Assembly: GCA_965178125.1 (NCBI GenBank)
Contig: OZ237772.1
Coordinates: 124,001 to 188,000 of the forward strand
Direction of reading: 5' to 3'
DNA length: 64,000 nt
Origin: Bilabrum cf. latius
Lineage: Eukaryota
Shown here piece by piece: positions 24,545 through 37,400 of this stretch. Position numbers and translations under genes: made by a program. Position 1 is the first letter of the stretch. Every line of letters begins with the position of its first letter. Under the pieces are notes generated by a model. It did no database searches. It was not told the origin of the DNA and saw nothing but the letters and a program-made list of their open reading frames with translations.

Positions 24545-27500
24545 ATCCATCATATCCTACAGAGTGAGCCGAATCAAAATTTCTCGTGGGCCTGTCGTTG
24601 TCGGTCCCGCACCGGCCTGAACGATCGTGATGCGTTCAACATGCAATGCAGGCCAGCAAATACTGCTGCCATGCACCTCATGGCCCACCTTTCGCTCGAT
24701 GCGGGCAGCAGTGGAACTATCTGATGCGACTCCTGTTGCCCTGGGCGGTGATAGGCATGGGCGACTGCCCACATCGGCTGTTGCAGTGCGCTCCTGCTCT
24801 GGTTTCCGGGTGCTTTGGAGCTGATCGGCAAGCACCCGGACACACTCGTGGTGCTCGTGAAGCATCGCAGCAACCAGCGGGGTGCAGCGCACTGTGGTTA
24901 CTGCAGCTAACGCGGCAGGGGCAATAGGGACTGATGAAGTGCCATCGTAGATCCCGCGCCTACTGATCATCAACTCAACCGGTCTCGCCACTTTGTTGCC
25001 TGGCAGCACTTTGAGCGTGCCAGTTGATGCCATGCCGCCTGCCAGCTAGCCCAGTCGCACTCGCTTGTCCAGTTCCAGGGGCCTTCCCTCGCTGGCCATC
25101 TAGAAAAGCAAATCGGCATCCCTCTTGGCCTCCGTTGCCCTTCTCCACAGTAGAACCGGGTGTAGGCGTGGGGGCACAGCGATGACCAGCTCTTTCTCGC
25201 GTATCTTATGGAGGAGTGTCGTGCCATCCGACCATAGGATCCATTCGCTGCGTTTCATGGGATCGGACTGAGATGCTCCGCATATCATGATGCCTTGCCG
25301 GGTTGGCATTAGCCTATCGCAATCCATGTCATTTTGGTCATCTGCAATACTACGGGTTGGGTGCTTGCACAAGTAGTTCACGGGTAGCAGCTGCCCAGCC
25401 TTATGGCAATAAACCGGAAATCTCGGGGGAAGCTTGACCTTTCCTGAGTTCCAAACGGCTAGAAACGTCTTTCTGAGGTGCTCGTCTACGACACCACAGC
25501 TTGGACTCAGCCTTTCCATGTCATCGGCTAGCAGCAGCAGTATTTCGGACAACAAAGCCAAGTAGCGCGGATGCCGAGGAAGGACTCGCCCCGGTTTGCT
25601 ACCCACAGCGAATGTCTAGGGCTCTTCGGCTGCCATGCCCACGACTGATCGAAGCTATTCTTCCGAATGCCCGATACTGCCCGTACCTGAAGCTGGGCCA
25701 GCCTGTCTACAAGTCCATGGCTCCCTAGCAGCCTTCATCGCTTCGGCCTCCCCTGCCATAAACTGCGATGCATGAGGGTCTATTAGCGCAACACATGTCC
25801 GAAGTGGACGATCGGGTTCATCCCCATCTAGAGTGGCCCTGCGCCTGATCACACCCGAAAGGTCACCGTCTTCTGCAGCACCGAGCAGTGCCTTGACCAC
25901 ACCGGCCTCCTTGATCCACTTGACGAGGGTTGGGCCCGTCCAGTACTGTGCTACTGGGAATCTCTGCGTCCACCACGTAAGTGAGCGCCGGCTGTAACGG
26001 CGCACCGTCGTGGGTAGCTTGCCTTCTCTGCGCCTGGTTTGCTGCACGATGCCAATGAGGGGATCCAATGCCTCGAGACGGAGGCCCGCTGAGGCAGTCC
26101 TTAGCTGTCGCAGGGCGATCATCGTCCTCCATTCCTCAGGGACTATCAAAAAGCCTAGTGCTCCGTAGCCTCGGAATGCAAAGCGTACAGACAAATTTGC
26201 ACAGGGTTGCAGTGCGAGCAGTGCTGTCTCATTCGTGACTACCTTCAACTCGCTGGTACTCATCCTCAGCATCCGGTTCATTGCGGCTATGCACAGCCTG
26301 GGAAACTCATTTATAGCAAACGACACCGTATATAGCTTACATGGCGTCGCTATCACGTCCTTTAAAACTTCCCTGAGCTCCTCGATGGGCACCTAAAATC
26401 CGGTGCTGCTGTCAAACCGACGAGCCAACACTTCATATCCTCCGATCTTTGCAAAATAGTTCAAGTTTCCAACGTAGTACTTACAGGCTCCAGTGTTCGG
26501 GAATTCGGCAGTCTCGCCGACGTAGAGATCTGCTTCTGAACTGGCCGCGAAAACTCTGTGTCGCCTTTGGTTGAAAAATGTCGAGCACTTCGAGTCCTCG
26601 GCCGGGAATAGCCGCACCAGCTGCTGCCGAATGGCAGGGTGCAGTGGCTCCGGTCTGCACATGAAGTACACGCACAATCGAAGAACCGAGTGTGTCAACA
26701 CATAAATGTTGTCATCGAGTTCCTCGGCAACACTGCCTGAGAGGGCTAAATGCAAGCACGGTGCGAGCCGCTGCTCGACGAATGCAATGGCAGCCTCGAA
26801 GGTAACTTTGCCGTGGATGATGGCGTCGATATCTTTCCCCATTGCCCTCAGTGTTTCCTCATTGATTTCAACTGCCTCGCTCAGGCTATCCCTAGCCAGT
26901 GATATAGTGCCGCATGCCGCCAGATTCTTGGACCTTTTGGGTAGCTCAACCTCGGGGTCTATCTCATGTCCGCATCTCTTGACGTACACGTGGGATCTGG
27001 TCAAGATTGTCACGTGCCCCGTTCTCCACTGTCCTTGCCACCTCACGTTGCATCGGTCGCCCACTCTGAGCGTCTCGCCGGCAAACTCGGGGAGGTCAAG
27101 CTCGCTATCCAATAGCATGCACTGAGAGGCCTTGGAATCTACCATTAATACATTTGAAAGCAGATGACGATCCGATCTGTCTTCAACAGGACTGGCCCTG
27201 GACGTGATCATCCCGAGTGTATCACGGTTTCCTGCTGCTCTCAGTACCGCCTCAGACTAGACGTCAACTGGCTCTCCTTTGAGATGAACGAGACCTCGTC
27301 TGGTGACCCAACGTCCAATAGTCTTGATTTGATCATCAGTCAGGACCTTAGTATTTTCGATGCATTTGTCTTTACTCCGCGCATATGCCACCTTGAGAGC
27401 CGAGTACACTTTGTTCATGGGCTGTAGCACTTCCTGGATGGCCACGTCCGTCGGATAGCACTTCTGCTCATTGGCGCTCATCCGAAGCAACCGGTTCAGC

Positions 27501-29232
27501 ACGGCCATGTATAGCCCAGGGAATACATCCTTGGCAAACTTGTTCGTAAACACGTTGCGTGGTGCCATGATCATGTGCAGCAACACCTCCTGCAGCTCCT
27601 CGATTGGCACCAACTAAAAATCGAAAGAGTTGTCAAGCCGGCGAGCTAGGACCTCGTATCCCCCGATCTTGGCAAAATAGTTCACGGTCCCAACAAAGTA
27701 CTTGCAAGCTCCACGGCGCGGAAACTTGGCTGTCTCGCCGATGTAGAGCTCTGCTTCTGGGGCAGTCCCGCACAATACATGCCGTCTGTGATTGAAGAAG
27801 TTAGCGCACTTCTCATCTCCCCGAAATACCCGCACAAGTTGCTAACGAATAACCGGATGCAGTGGCTCGGGCCTGCACATAAAGTATACCCACAAGCGCA
27901 GGATGGCTTGCGTAAAGCTGTATATTTTGTCATCGAGCTCTGGTCTAGCTTCGGTGGAAAGCGCCGATTCAACGACCGGTGCGAGCTACTGCTCGACGAA
28001 TGCAATGGCAGCCTCGAAGGCAACTTTGCCGTGGATGATGGCGTCTATTTCTTTCCCCATTCCCCTTAGAGTCTCTGCATCGATTTTGATTCCATCGCCC
28101 TGACTGCCCACGACGCTAGACGCAGCACCGCCTCGGCCACCGGTGGGTCGCCGACCTTGGGCCCAAGACATAGTCCCCCATGCAGCAAGGTCCTTTGACC
28201 GCTTCAAGAGCTCAAGCTCGGGGTCCATCCCATGTCCGTACCTCTTGACGTACACGTGGGATCTGGTCAGGATCGTCACGTGCCCCAAGCTCCACTGTCC
28301 TTGCCACCTCACGTTGCATCGGTCGCCCACCCTGAGCGTCTCGCCGGCGAACTCGGGGAGGTCGCCCGGCTGCCGATGGCGGACTGCGAGCCTTACCTTC
28401 ACGGGGGCTCCCTCCGGACTGGCCGTGTGCTCTAGCACTGTGTAGCCATCTGCGCAGGAAGGTATTCAATGGAAATAATATACAGGAGAAGTATGGCTGT
28501 TTGGAATCGCTCGTGTTTCTCGGGGCACCCATCCGAGCGGCCCGGGCCCGATCAGGACTCTGCACATATCGATGAATCGGAAAACATGACAGCAAGTAAT
28601 GCACCCGCGACTGCCGCATGGCTGGCCTTGCGTGCGCTCGTCAACTTAGGGGTGGGCGTTGCTACCATCACCACCGATACGTGCATTGCTGCCAAGAGGC
28701 TGTTTGCCATCTTCGAGGGTGATGCAGACGTGGAACGGAGCTAGACAGAGCGCAAGAAGCTGCTCGTGGCAGCGTGCACCTCCTGACGATGATGTCCGCG
28801 AAAGGGATTAGTAGTCGTCAAGATAGCTAAGACCAGGCTCCTAGGCTCAACTTCTTTCATGTAAAACAAAATACCAATGAAAGTAAACGTCTCACCCGGT
28901 GCAGCATCAGCGCCGTGCAGGACGGCAACATCGACGACAGGTGGTTCATCTGCATCTTCTGCCATTCGCCGGACAGCAATAGAACGATGTGTACTTGCCT
29001 CAGGCCCACATGTGGCATCTATCTGTAGCCTTTCCCAACCCGCTGGGCAAGCTTCCGTACCTTGCATCAGCCGAATCTCAGCGATTTCATGTTTAGGAAT
29101 TTGTTTAGACAGCCACAGCCAGGACGCAGCGTCGCCGCTTGCTCCGTTCAATGATTGATCATGCTTGCAATTGAACATTGTTGATTTCTGGGCCTATCCG
29201 TGCGTAATGCCTATGTCAGTGATGCCAGACAT
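24506..29232 (-). CDS. Chimeric protein: MABP beta-prism, 2x [Tudor/Agenet-like + USP9X/24/34-like N-terminal helical segment], C-terminal 'WRRA-SEGRP' ankyrin-like module; ~1426 aa; exons 29232-28896 and 28449-24506
   Basis: MABP-like motifs ITDIGITHG, EIRLMQGTEACPAGWERL, PPVVDVAVLHGADAAP|DGYTVLEHT across a GTGAGA...TGCGCAG intron. LRVGDRCNVRWQGQW..GHVTILTRSHVYVKR occurs twice, as does NYFAKIGGYEVLARR. Seven standard-code ORFs share one frame separated by TAG; first TGA at 24506-24508. Confidence 0.75.
26190..28365 (-). repeat. Intragenic duplication (~0.9-kb units at ~27400-28365 and ~26190-27098)
   Basis: Near-identical nucleotide block encoding DLPEFAGETLRVGDRCNVRWQGQW, with collinear protein similarity through FEAAIAFVEQ, MCRPEPLHP, GACKY, VPIEEL. 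Confidence 0.9.
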
Positions 29233-29376
29233 GGTTCGGGCGTTCTCGTTGCGACTGGTGAAAGCTGTCGCTGGAAAGTGACTGACAGATAGGTCTTGGA
29301 AAAGATCGTCTGTGAAGTAGTCCCGAGTAAACTATGTAAACGAATCTATTCAGCAGACCCAAAGCTACACAGATTG

Positions 29377-31179
29377 ATGTGCTGCCTGCTGCTAACACCC
29401 AAGAGTTGCCCAGTACCATTCTCTGGTAGGCATATTATATTGCAGATCACACGCTACAATATACCAGGAAGGGGCGCTGAGCATGAGCGTCACGCCGAAA
29501 CGAAGCCGTGGCAACCTGATGCCGGGGATCAGAATAGAGGGAGGTCGCCCGCCTCTCTTCAGAAGGCATGGGCGAGGACAGCTCTCGCCTTGGATCCTTG
29601 GGACGAGAAGCTGGAGCACACCAACAGGGCCAAGCCAATCGTCGAAGGCGCGCTCATTCGGATAGAGCGCACGATTGCACGGTCCTCGGAACGTACAGCT
29701 GTCAAGGTGCTGGCCAACCGAGTGGTGCGGGTGCTCAGAAACCAGCTGCGCCAGCAGGAGCAGCTGACATGCAGGCAGTGGATGCGTGGTGATGCTGCGG
29801 CTGCCTTAGCCGCCACGGCCACGCAGGAGCTGATAGCGGCAACCAATGCGAACGCCCGACTACAGCGACGGATTTTCAAGCCCCACGGCTTGCTAAAGGA
29901 TATAGAGAGGCAATGGGCCAAAGGCATGAGCGCGTGCATGCTCGCCTCTCTGAAGGATCGTGAGACGCAGAGACGGTCATGGAGGAGGAAATGGTGGGTC
30001 TCGACTGGGGACGCCGATGTGGGACTGGACCGCGCCTTGTGCCGGGCACACGCTCCGCACCTGTATGCTTTCTCCTTGTGAAGGCAACAGGCTGGGGGCC
30101 TGTGGGGGACCACACTGATGGCGAAGAATGGGAACTCGGCGGCATAGGCTGAGAACGGGGGGCCTTTGGCCTGAAAGGGTCGGGGGTCTTGTAGTCCTTT
30201 GTTTTAGGGCTCCTCTGGATCTAGGTGATCACCCAAACCCCCTCGGGGGCGACGGTGCATCTGGGTGCTTACGGAATGTTTACCCAACAATGTATTTCTG
30301 TATTTCTGGGGCGGCAAATTATTCTGGTATTCTGGTATTCTGGGCGGCGGGGTGTGACTCAACCGGCCAATGCGCGACTCTCGTGGTCTTTTGTAGCTAG
30401 GGCTCGCCTTTCGGTCGCCACCGAACACCAGCACATGCGCCGGGAACAGCGTGTGTGCCACACTATGTACTCAAGGGTCATGCAGGACCACTCAAGGATC
30501 CTCGATTTTGTCTCGATGAGATCGAGGAGGGCTGCAGCGAAGGCCAAACGGGCGCTCGTAAGGGCGGTCCGGGAGGACTTTGCCAGCCTGGCTGTAGGGG
30601 CAACCGAAAACAACATCCTCGCCATGGCGAATGCCAATGTCAAGGCAGGGTTGACTCAGAACGGGCAGCAGGACGGGGTGCCGGCAGCGGGCACCGGAGG
30701 GAACGTGAATGATGTCGCTCCCCAGGGGGAATTGGGTCCTCAGGGTGGAGCTCAGGTAGTTTAGGCCATTGCAGCTAAAGTGTGAAGTCTGATAAGTCCC
30801 AGGCCCTCGTTCCAGATGTGGTTTCGCGATATCGTGCACCTTTACTATTCGTCGTGCCATTGCCGAGGAGGAGGAGAGGACGGAGGATGCAGAGAGAGCA
30901 GAGCAGCAACAGGAAGCAGCAGCAGTGGCAGCTGCAGGTGAAGTGGCAGATGCCGAAGTACTTGCAGCAGTAGCTGAGCATGCCGAAGCTGAAGTCAGCC
31001 AGCAGCAGGGAGTAACGCCGGTCGCACTTAACGCGCAGAGTGGAGTCAAGGGAGGAGCAGTCGCAGCTGCTGACCCTGGCGAAGCACCTCCTCAAGAGGG
31101 GTCCGGGGATGCAGGAGCTCCAGCTGCAGCACAACCCCACCACGGCGGGGTATCGGTGCTTCTGGATCATCCTGAGTGA
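29377..31179 (+). CDS. Probable multi-exon hypothetical gene(s), Ala/Glu/Arg-rich helical; structure unresolved
   Basis: Long coding-like frames 29296-30081, 30400-30785 and 30841-31179, head-to-head with the MABP gene. No recognisable domain, and splice junctions could not be fixed. Confidence 0.35.
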
Positions 31180-32324
31180 ACTCGGGAGCCTCTATACGTG
31201 TCACAGATATTATGTATACCTCACGCCGGATGGGGTCCGGGTTTGATGTGACGATGGGAGCGCAGGTAGGAATGTCTCCCAGTTTGTTCCGTTATAGGAC
31301 CGGTCGCAACCGGTGGTCGACGCGCAAGGAGACAGAGTCTGATTCGTTGTTGACGTCATGATCCTAACGCCGGATGGGGTTCGGTGTTGATGCCAGAGTG
31401 GGAGCGCGTGAATGTCTCGTTGGGTTCCGATGGCGGTTGCGACCGGGAAGGTGCGACCAAGCCAACGGATTTCTTGCGATGACGCGCATACCCTCTCTGT
31501 GTTCAGGAGAGGGGCGGAGATTGGGTAATTTTTGCATCAAATGAGATGATAAGCGTCTGTGCCATGAGAATGGCTCTGCGAAGAAGGAGAACGCGGCAAC
31601 ACCTTGTCCGTAAGTGGGAAGAGGAATTGTAGCCTCGAACGAGGGTCCGATACGAGATCTCGAAGGTGGTGATGGTGAGTGAATGTCACGATACGACTTT
31701 TTCTCAAACTATTTGAGTCCCCCCCAAGGACACGGGTCCGCTAGACAAGGCAGCGAGCGAGGGGGGGGGGGGGGGTCCTTGGGGCTGGCCAGAAGGCTGC
31801 TACAAGGAACTCTTGCCAGCGGACTGAATACCAATGGCACAGTCATCATACCATAAGGCATCTCCTGCCGTTATATTCCGCAGGTAGAAGCACCAGGCAG
31901 TCTACACAGGTAGAATGTGGTCCATAGAGGACACACTAAAGTCTCGTTATCAGAGCAGTGGGAGCAACCGTTGCATAAATGATATATTCCAAGTTCGAAC
32001 TACTACTCAAACATATTATTCATTCAAGGCACCCTGCAAAGGAGCAGTTGCAGTTCCGGCCGGTCATTCCGAATCCGTAAGAATGGACCGACAATAGCAA
32101 AGCTTTGCGTTAGTTTTCTTGAAATTATTTTTAGGCGGTTTTAATGTAAGGCATATTCATGCTCTGTAATCCTTCTCTATACGTTCCACACTGGCCTACT
32201 GCCTAGACTACATTTCTTTACCGAGAACTGCATTTGACAAGGATCCAAGAGTATGCCTAAAGAAGGAATTCAATTCGTTATTATCAATTTCACGCACTTC
32301 AAACAAATTTTCATTTTGGAACAG

Positions 32325-34125
32325 GTCGGATGATCGCATTCTGAATGCCATCAATGTCAATGTAGATGCACTGAAGCTTTGTATTGAATCTGGAGCCGAC
32401 ATTGAAGCGAAGGATGAGGTGAGATGGCGGCGATTCCGCTGCAAAATGCACCAAATTGTGTGCACTATAGCTCAATGTAGATACCATATGATGGCCCATT
32501 TGCTACTCCGAACGGCTCAATATTGGCTGCCATCCGGTCATCGTTGACCGCGGAGGCGGGGCAGAGACTGCGCCGAGGCTGCACTATGCAACCACTACAG
32601 CCAATACGATCTTAATGGCTCGACATTAATACTAAAATAGTTATTGGTGTTTGACTGCATCTCAAATCCAAAGCAATTCGTGTTTCGTCCCCTGATGTGC
32701 AGGACGGACAAACAGCCTTGTTCCACATGGCTGCGAAAGGTAATACCGAATGTTTAGCGGTGCTCATTGCCAGTGGGGCATATGTGAACGCAGCCTCTGA
32801 GGTGAGAAAGCATGATCAATTGTTTCTTTGCGATGCAAAGCAATCCTTTTGTGAGGGTATTAAGTTCGAGGGCTGGCAAGCCGTTCAACTAGATTCTAGG
32901 CGACAGAGTGGTGCGTGTGATTGCATACAAGTCGGAATCAGGCGCTCTTGTTGGATCTAACTATCAAGAACCTGTTAAACTGTGCCTTTACAAGCCTGGA
33001 GCAGCGGCCTCGTAAGCTTGGATCTCGGACGGACTGACTGGCATACACGCCAGCGGCCAGTCCAGGCGCGCATCTGTCTATCGGCAATGACAGCCATTGT
33101 AGGGATTCGAGCAAGGGAGGCAGGCTCTACTTATAAATACTTGACAGTGTCCACATGGGAATATTTCGGTACCCTCTGCAGGTCACGATGTGCTTGCTAC
33201 TGTACGTGTGACCTGAGAGTACCTACTCCCCTACATACCTGCACAGCCTTGCACATGCCCCCCGACGCTTGGCCTCAGGACGGTGACACTGCTCTGCACT
33301 GGGCTGCCGCACACGGGCGTAACGACTGCGTGCAGCTGCTCGTTGATAATGGGGCAGACGTAGACCGGCAGAACAAGGTAAGGTGCTAAGAGACTGCATG
33401 TAAGCGCGGCGATGGGTCGAAGATCCAGCCGATCTTGGAACGATTCGAGGAACGACTGAGACAGGACGTTCCAACCTGACTCTCATCATGGAACCATCCA
33501 TAGTTTACTGGTCTCAGTTCTGCCCATATTTGAATTGGCGCTGCTGCAGCTTCGGCTAGTTGGCCAAACAATGTCGCGATGTTTCGCAGGACGGATTTAC
33601 ACCCCTGCACTGGGCAGCACAGTACGGCCAAACCGGTTGTGCCTGTATCCTAATGGAAGCAGGCGCCCATCGATTTGTTAAGAGTACTGTAAGTCTCAAT
33701 TCGGCGTTTCGAGCGGCCTTGAGCCAGCCCGCGAAACGGACGTGTATCCTATACTAGAAGCTCTAGATACATATCATACTTCGCAGGCTGGCTTCACACC
33801 TGTTGAATGTTCTGACGCCGAGGAATGCACCGACACATCAGCTGCCATACGGTCCTTTGTCCCAGCTCGGATTCTTCGTGTCTGGTGTTGGCGGCGTGCA
33901 GCGCAGGCTGGTGTGGATGCTGGGATGGTGTTCCAGGCAGCGAGCGAGGGCAGGCCCATGGAGCTTGCCAGGAGGCTTGCACTTGGTAGTCTGGCGGGTG
34001 GGCTGGAAATTAAAGGCTTATCGGTACTAGCTGATGGCAGCACTTGCAGTGTGCTACCGATAGAGGCAGCCAGGCTAGGAGGTCATGACGAGTGCGTGAA
34101 GCTGCTGCAGGAGGCCATGGAGTAA
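32325..34125 (+). CDS. Ankyrin-repeat protein with C-terminal 'WRRA-SEGRP' module; exons ~32325-32418, 32703-32801, 33279-33377, 33590-33688, 33787-34125 (5' end upstream, unresolved)
   Basis: Ankyrin repeats LCIESGADIEAKDE|DGQTALFHMAAKGNTECLAVLIASGAYVNAASE|DGDTALHWAAAHGRNDCVQLLVDNGADVDRQNK|DGFTPLHWAAQYGQTGCACILMEAGA, with GT-AG phase-0 introns; ends TAA. Confidence 0.88.
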
Positions 34126-34482
34126 CGTATGTTAAGGATGACATTACTTGGGAGCGGGCCAAGGTGGGAATAGGACCATGGGCGTTATTGTAGTGAATCC
34201 ATGTGATTTGCACCGGCACGATCTCCGAGGTTGGGGCCACCGGTCGCATAAAGTACCTGCTTGTGGTGCAGAAAACGACCTGTAATGACAGAATGGCCAC
34301 GAGCGAGAACAGGTCAGCAGGAGGGGTTGACTAGATATCTAGCACGGATCATGGATATGCCAGTGGTGGGTTTGTTTGGCAGGTGGGCTAGCTACAGACT
34401 ACTGCCGACAGATCTGACCATCGTCTATAGGGTATACGTAGTAGCTCAGTATCTAGAAAGTTTTCATCCCCAATTTCTTAAT

Positions 34483-37400
34483 TTAGTCGTGCCTCTTCCA
34501 TAGGCACTGACGAGCCTCGAATAGCCCTAACCTGTCACTCGGGCTCCACTGCAGCAGCCCCCGCACCATCGTGCGGAACCAATCAGGATATCGAGTTGCT
34601 CCGGATCCAGAATCATCCTCGAGCGCTGTAATCTCTTCCTCACCGTACTCTGCGCCAGAATAGTCATTGTAGTCCGGAATCGGGTGCGTGCCGCATGTTG
34701 CCAGCTCGTGCAACAGCACACCAAGTGCAAAGGCTGCTTGCTTTCCATAAGGAATTTTGAAACGCGGTCTCTGTCTTCGCGGGATGTGGCAGCTTCGCTC
34801 TGATGCTCGAATTCAACAAAGCGTCTTACCACCTCAGGCGCAATGTGTTGTGGATTTCCGCCCCGATGATTCTATACATCCACCATGGTTGTCGAATTGA
34901 GCTAGTTCAGCACATCAGTGTACCGACTTGGTGGAGCACCAGCACCAGCACCAGCACCAGCACCAGCACCAGCACCAGCACCAGCACCAGCACCAGCACC
35001 AGCACCAGCACCAGCACCAGCACCAGCACCAGCACTGCGCCCTGGTGTAGCACGTTCAAGCCAGGCTTGGTCACATGACTAGTGCGTCTCAGGCACAGGA
35101 GCACGGTATGACTCACCCATGTCTATTATAACGAATCGGAGGCCCTCGTGGAGAGACAAGATCCCATCGGAGTCTTTGCAGCGGCCAGTCAGTACTGGGT
35201 CGTCCACCATCACGTTATTTAGCTTGAGGTCCCGGTGCACCACGCCGTGCCAGTGCAGGTGCCAAAGACCTTCCGTGATCTGCCTCGCGGCTTGCAGCAT
35301 CAATGGCCATGGGAGCAGCTCATCAGTCAGAAAGCACATGCGCCACATTTCAAGTGACTGTGGAATCCATTCCATTGCCATGAACAAAGCGGATAGTCGC
35401 TATCGCTGTGGTGACATTGAGCCAGCTGACGCATGGGTTTCAGCGCCTACTGTCCCTAAAACTTGCTCATCACTCGTCATGCAGTCGTGCCAAATCCAGT
35501 CGGGCGGAGCGGCCTGCAATACACCAAGTATTCGAACCAGGTTGCGATGCCTTGGAATTTTCTGTAGTGCACGGTGCTCGGCTTGAAAGAGCCTCCTGTT
35601 GCCCACCGAAGACCTACCGAAGTTCGGGAGGAGTTTTAGGGCAAGGCAAGCTGGTGCCCCCTATGATGGCTGGGGTGTACTGCAACCTGCACCGGACGCT
35701 GATGCAGCAGCTTGTTCAGTCGGAACTGCCACTTTGCACAGGCACACAGTACCTATTGCGCCCCAGCCCACGACCCAGCTGCCTTTAGGGACTCGAAATG
35801 TACCAGGAGGTCGCGCAGCGAGCTTGCGTGCGGCCCGGCCCGCTAGCTCTGGAAACAGTGCCGACTCAAGATCCTTGAACTTGTCTGCTTCCTCTTTTGC
35901 CAGCTGCAGAGAGTCAAGCACCTGATTGGCCAGGTCGCCTTTTACCACCCCGTTCAACTGGGTCTAGCTTACCTCGCTGGCTCCAGTTGCAGCGTCGGTA
36001 CTGGTAGGTCCCGAATCGGCCAATCTATCTCTGATTGGCCGGAGCTGGGGCGAAAGCTCTGGTGGCTGGGTTGCCGAAATCACGTATTCCATTGCATCGG
36101 CTTCCCTGGCAGCAGCCATAGCAAGCGCCTCACAATGGTTCTTTGGCTTACTATTCGACACAATCTCATCACGTGCTGCAATCTCATGCTTCAGAGATTG
36201 TTCCCTCGCTTTGGCTGCGCGTACCTTCTGCTACAATGCTGCAGACGCGTCACGCTGCTGCTACATTTCACGCTAGAGCTCGCGGAGCTGAAGCCTGGAT
36301 GCAAACAACTCGTCATCTTTGGCTTGTATCGCCGCCTCAGCATCCCCTTGCACCTGCGACAGTCTCGACCGTAAAGATGTATTGTCCCGCTTCGCCTCGG
36401 CCAAGCTCGCCGACGTCGCGCCAAGCTCCGCCTCCCGACGGGCCTTGTCGTCCCGCAGCTCCCGCAGCTCAGCCTCCATCCCAGCCTTCTGCTCCGACAG
36501 CCCAGACACCTCCTGCTTGGCCTAACCCAGCTGACGCTCTGAATCTTCCAGCCGAGCCTACAGCTTGCTACGGGCGATATCCAATAATCTGAGCGCATTT
36601 TCGGCGTGTGCCGTTCTTGCTTCTAGCTGCTACTGGCAAGCTGCAGCCTACTATCTTTCAAGTGCGCGCCCCTCCTTCTCCGCCTTGCCTTCCTCCTCGG
36701 CCCGGGCCAGCTTCACGCGCACCTCCTCCAGCTCGCGCTCCTTCACAGCCAGTGCCTCTGCCGATGCCTTCCCAGCCTGCTCCAAGGCCTGCTGCTCCGC
36801 ATTCAATGCGCCCTTGAAACCATCACGCTCAGACTCTATGGTTGTCAAATCTCTTCGCAGCTCTGACTCTTTGGCCTCAAAGGCCTCTATTCTCGCCATA
36901 TGATGCTGTTCCGTGGTATGCAGACGAGACACTAGGGAGTTCCGGTCCTTGGTTGTCTTGGCCAGCTCCTTCTGCAGCTCATCCCGCTCCTTACCCAATT
37001 GAGACAGGGTGCCAGACAGCTCCGCCACCCGATCCGACAGGCTGCTGGCCTTGGCAGACTGACTGCTCAGCTCCGCTTGACTAGTGCTGTACATTTCGTG
37101 CAGCATGGAGTGCTCTCTTGCTGCCACTGCCCTGGCGATACTGTGCGAAGCCCTAACCCACCGTAAAAACGCACGTCCAGTATTCGCTTTGCACCTCGAA
37201 TTCAAGACATCCCTCAGCTTTTTACGAGCAAAACGTCGCCGCTCAACAAACGCACGCCACGTCCCAAATAACTTGCACAGATTACTCTAGCGCAACCTTT
37301 GATCAGCTACGGCGCGTGCTTGTTGCAGCTTGGCTTGTAGGCGTGCAATTGAAGCAGCCAAAGCCTTTTTGACATTTTTCTAATTTCTCTTCAAACGCAA

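Noticed and set aside
31224-31780. Short ~40-bp direct repeat (31224, 31368) and a G14 run
   Set aside because: Too short to define an element; likely degenerate intergenic sequence.
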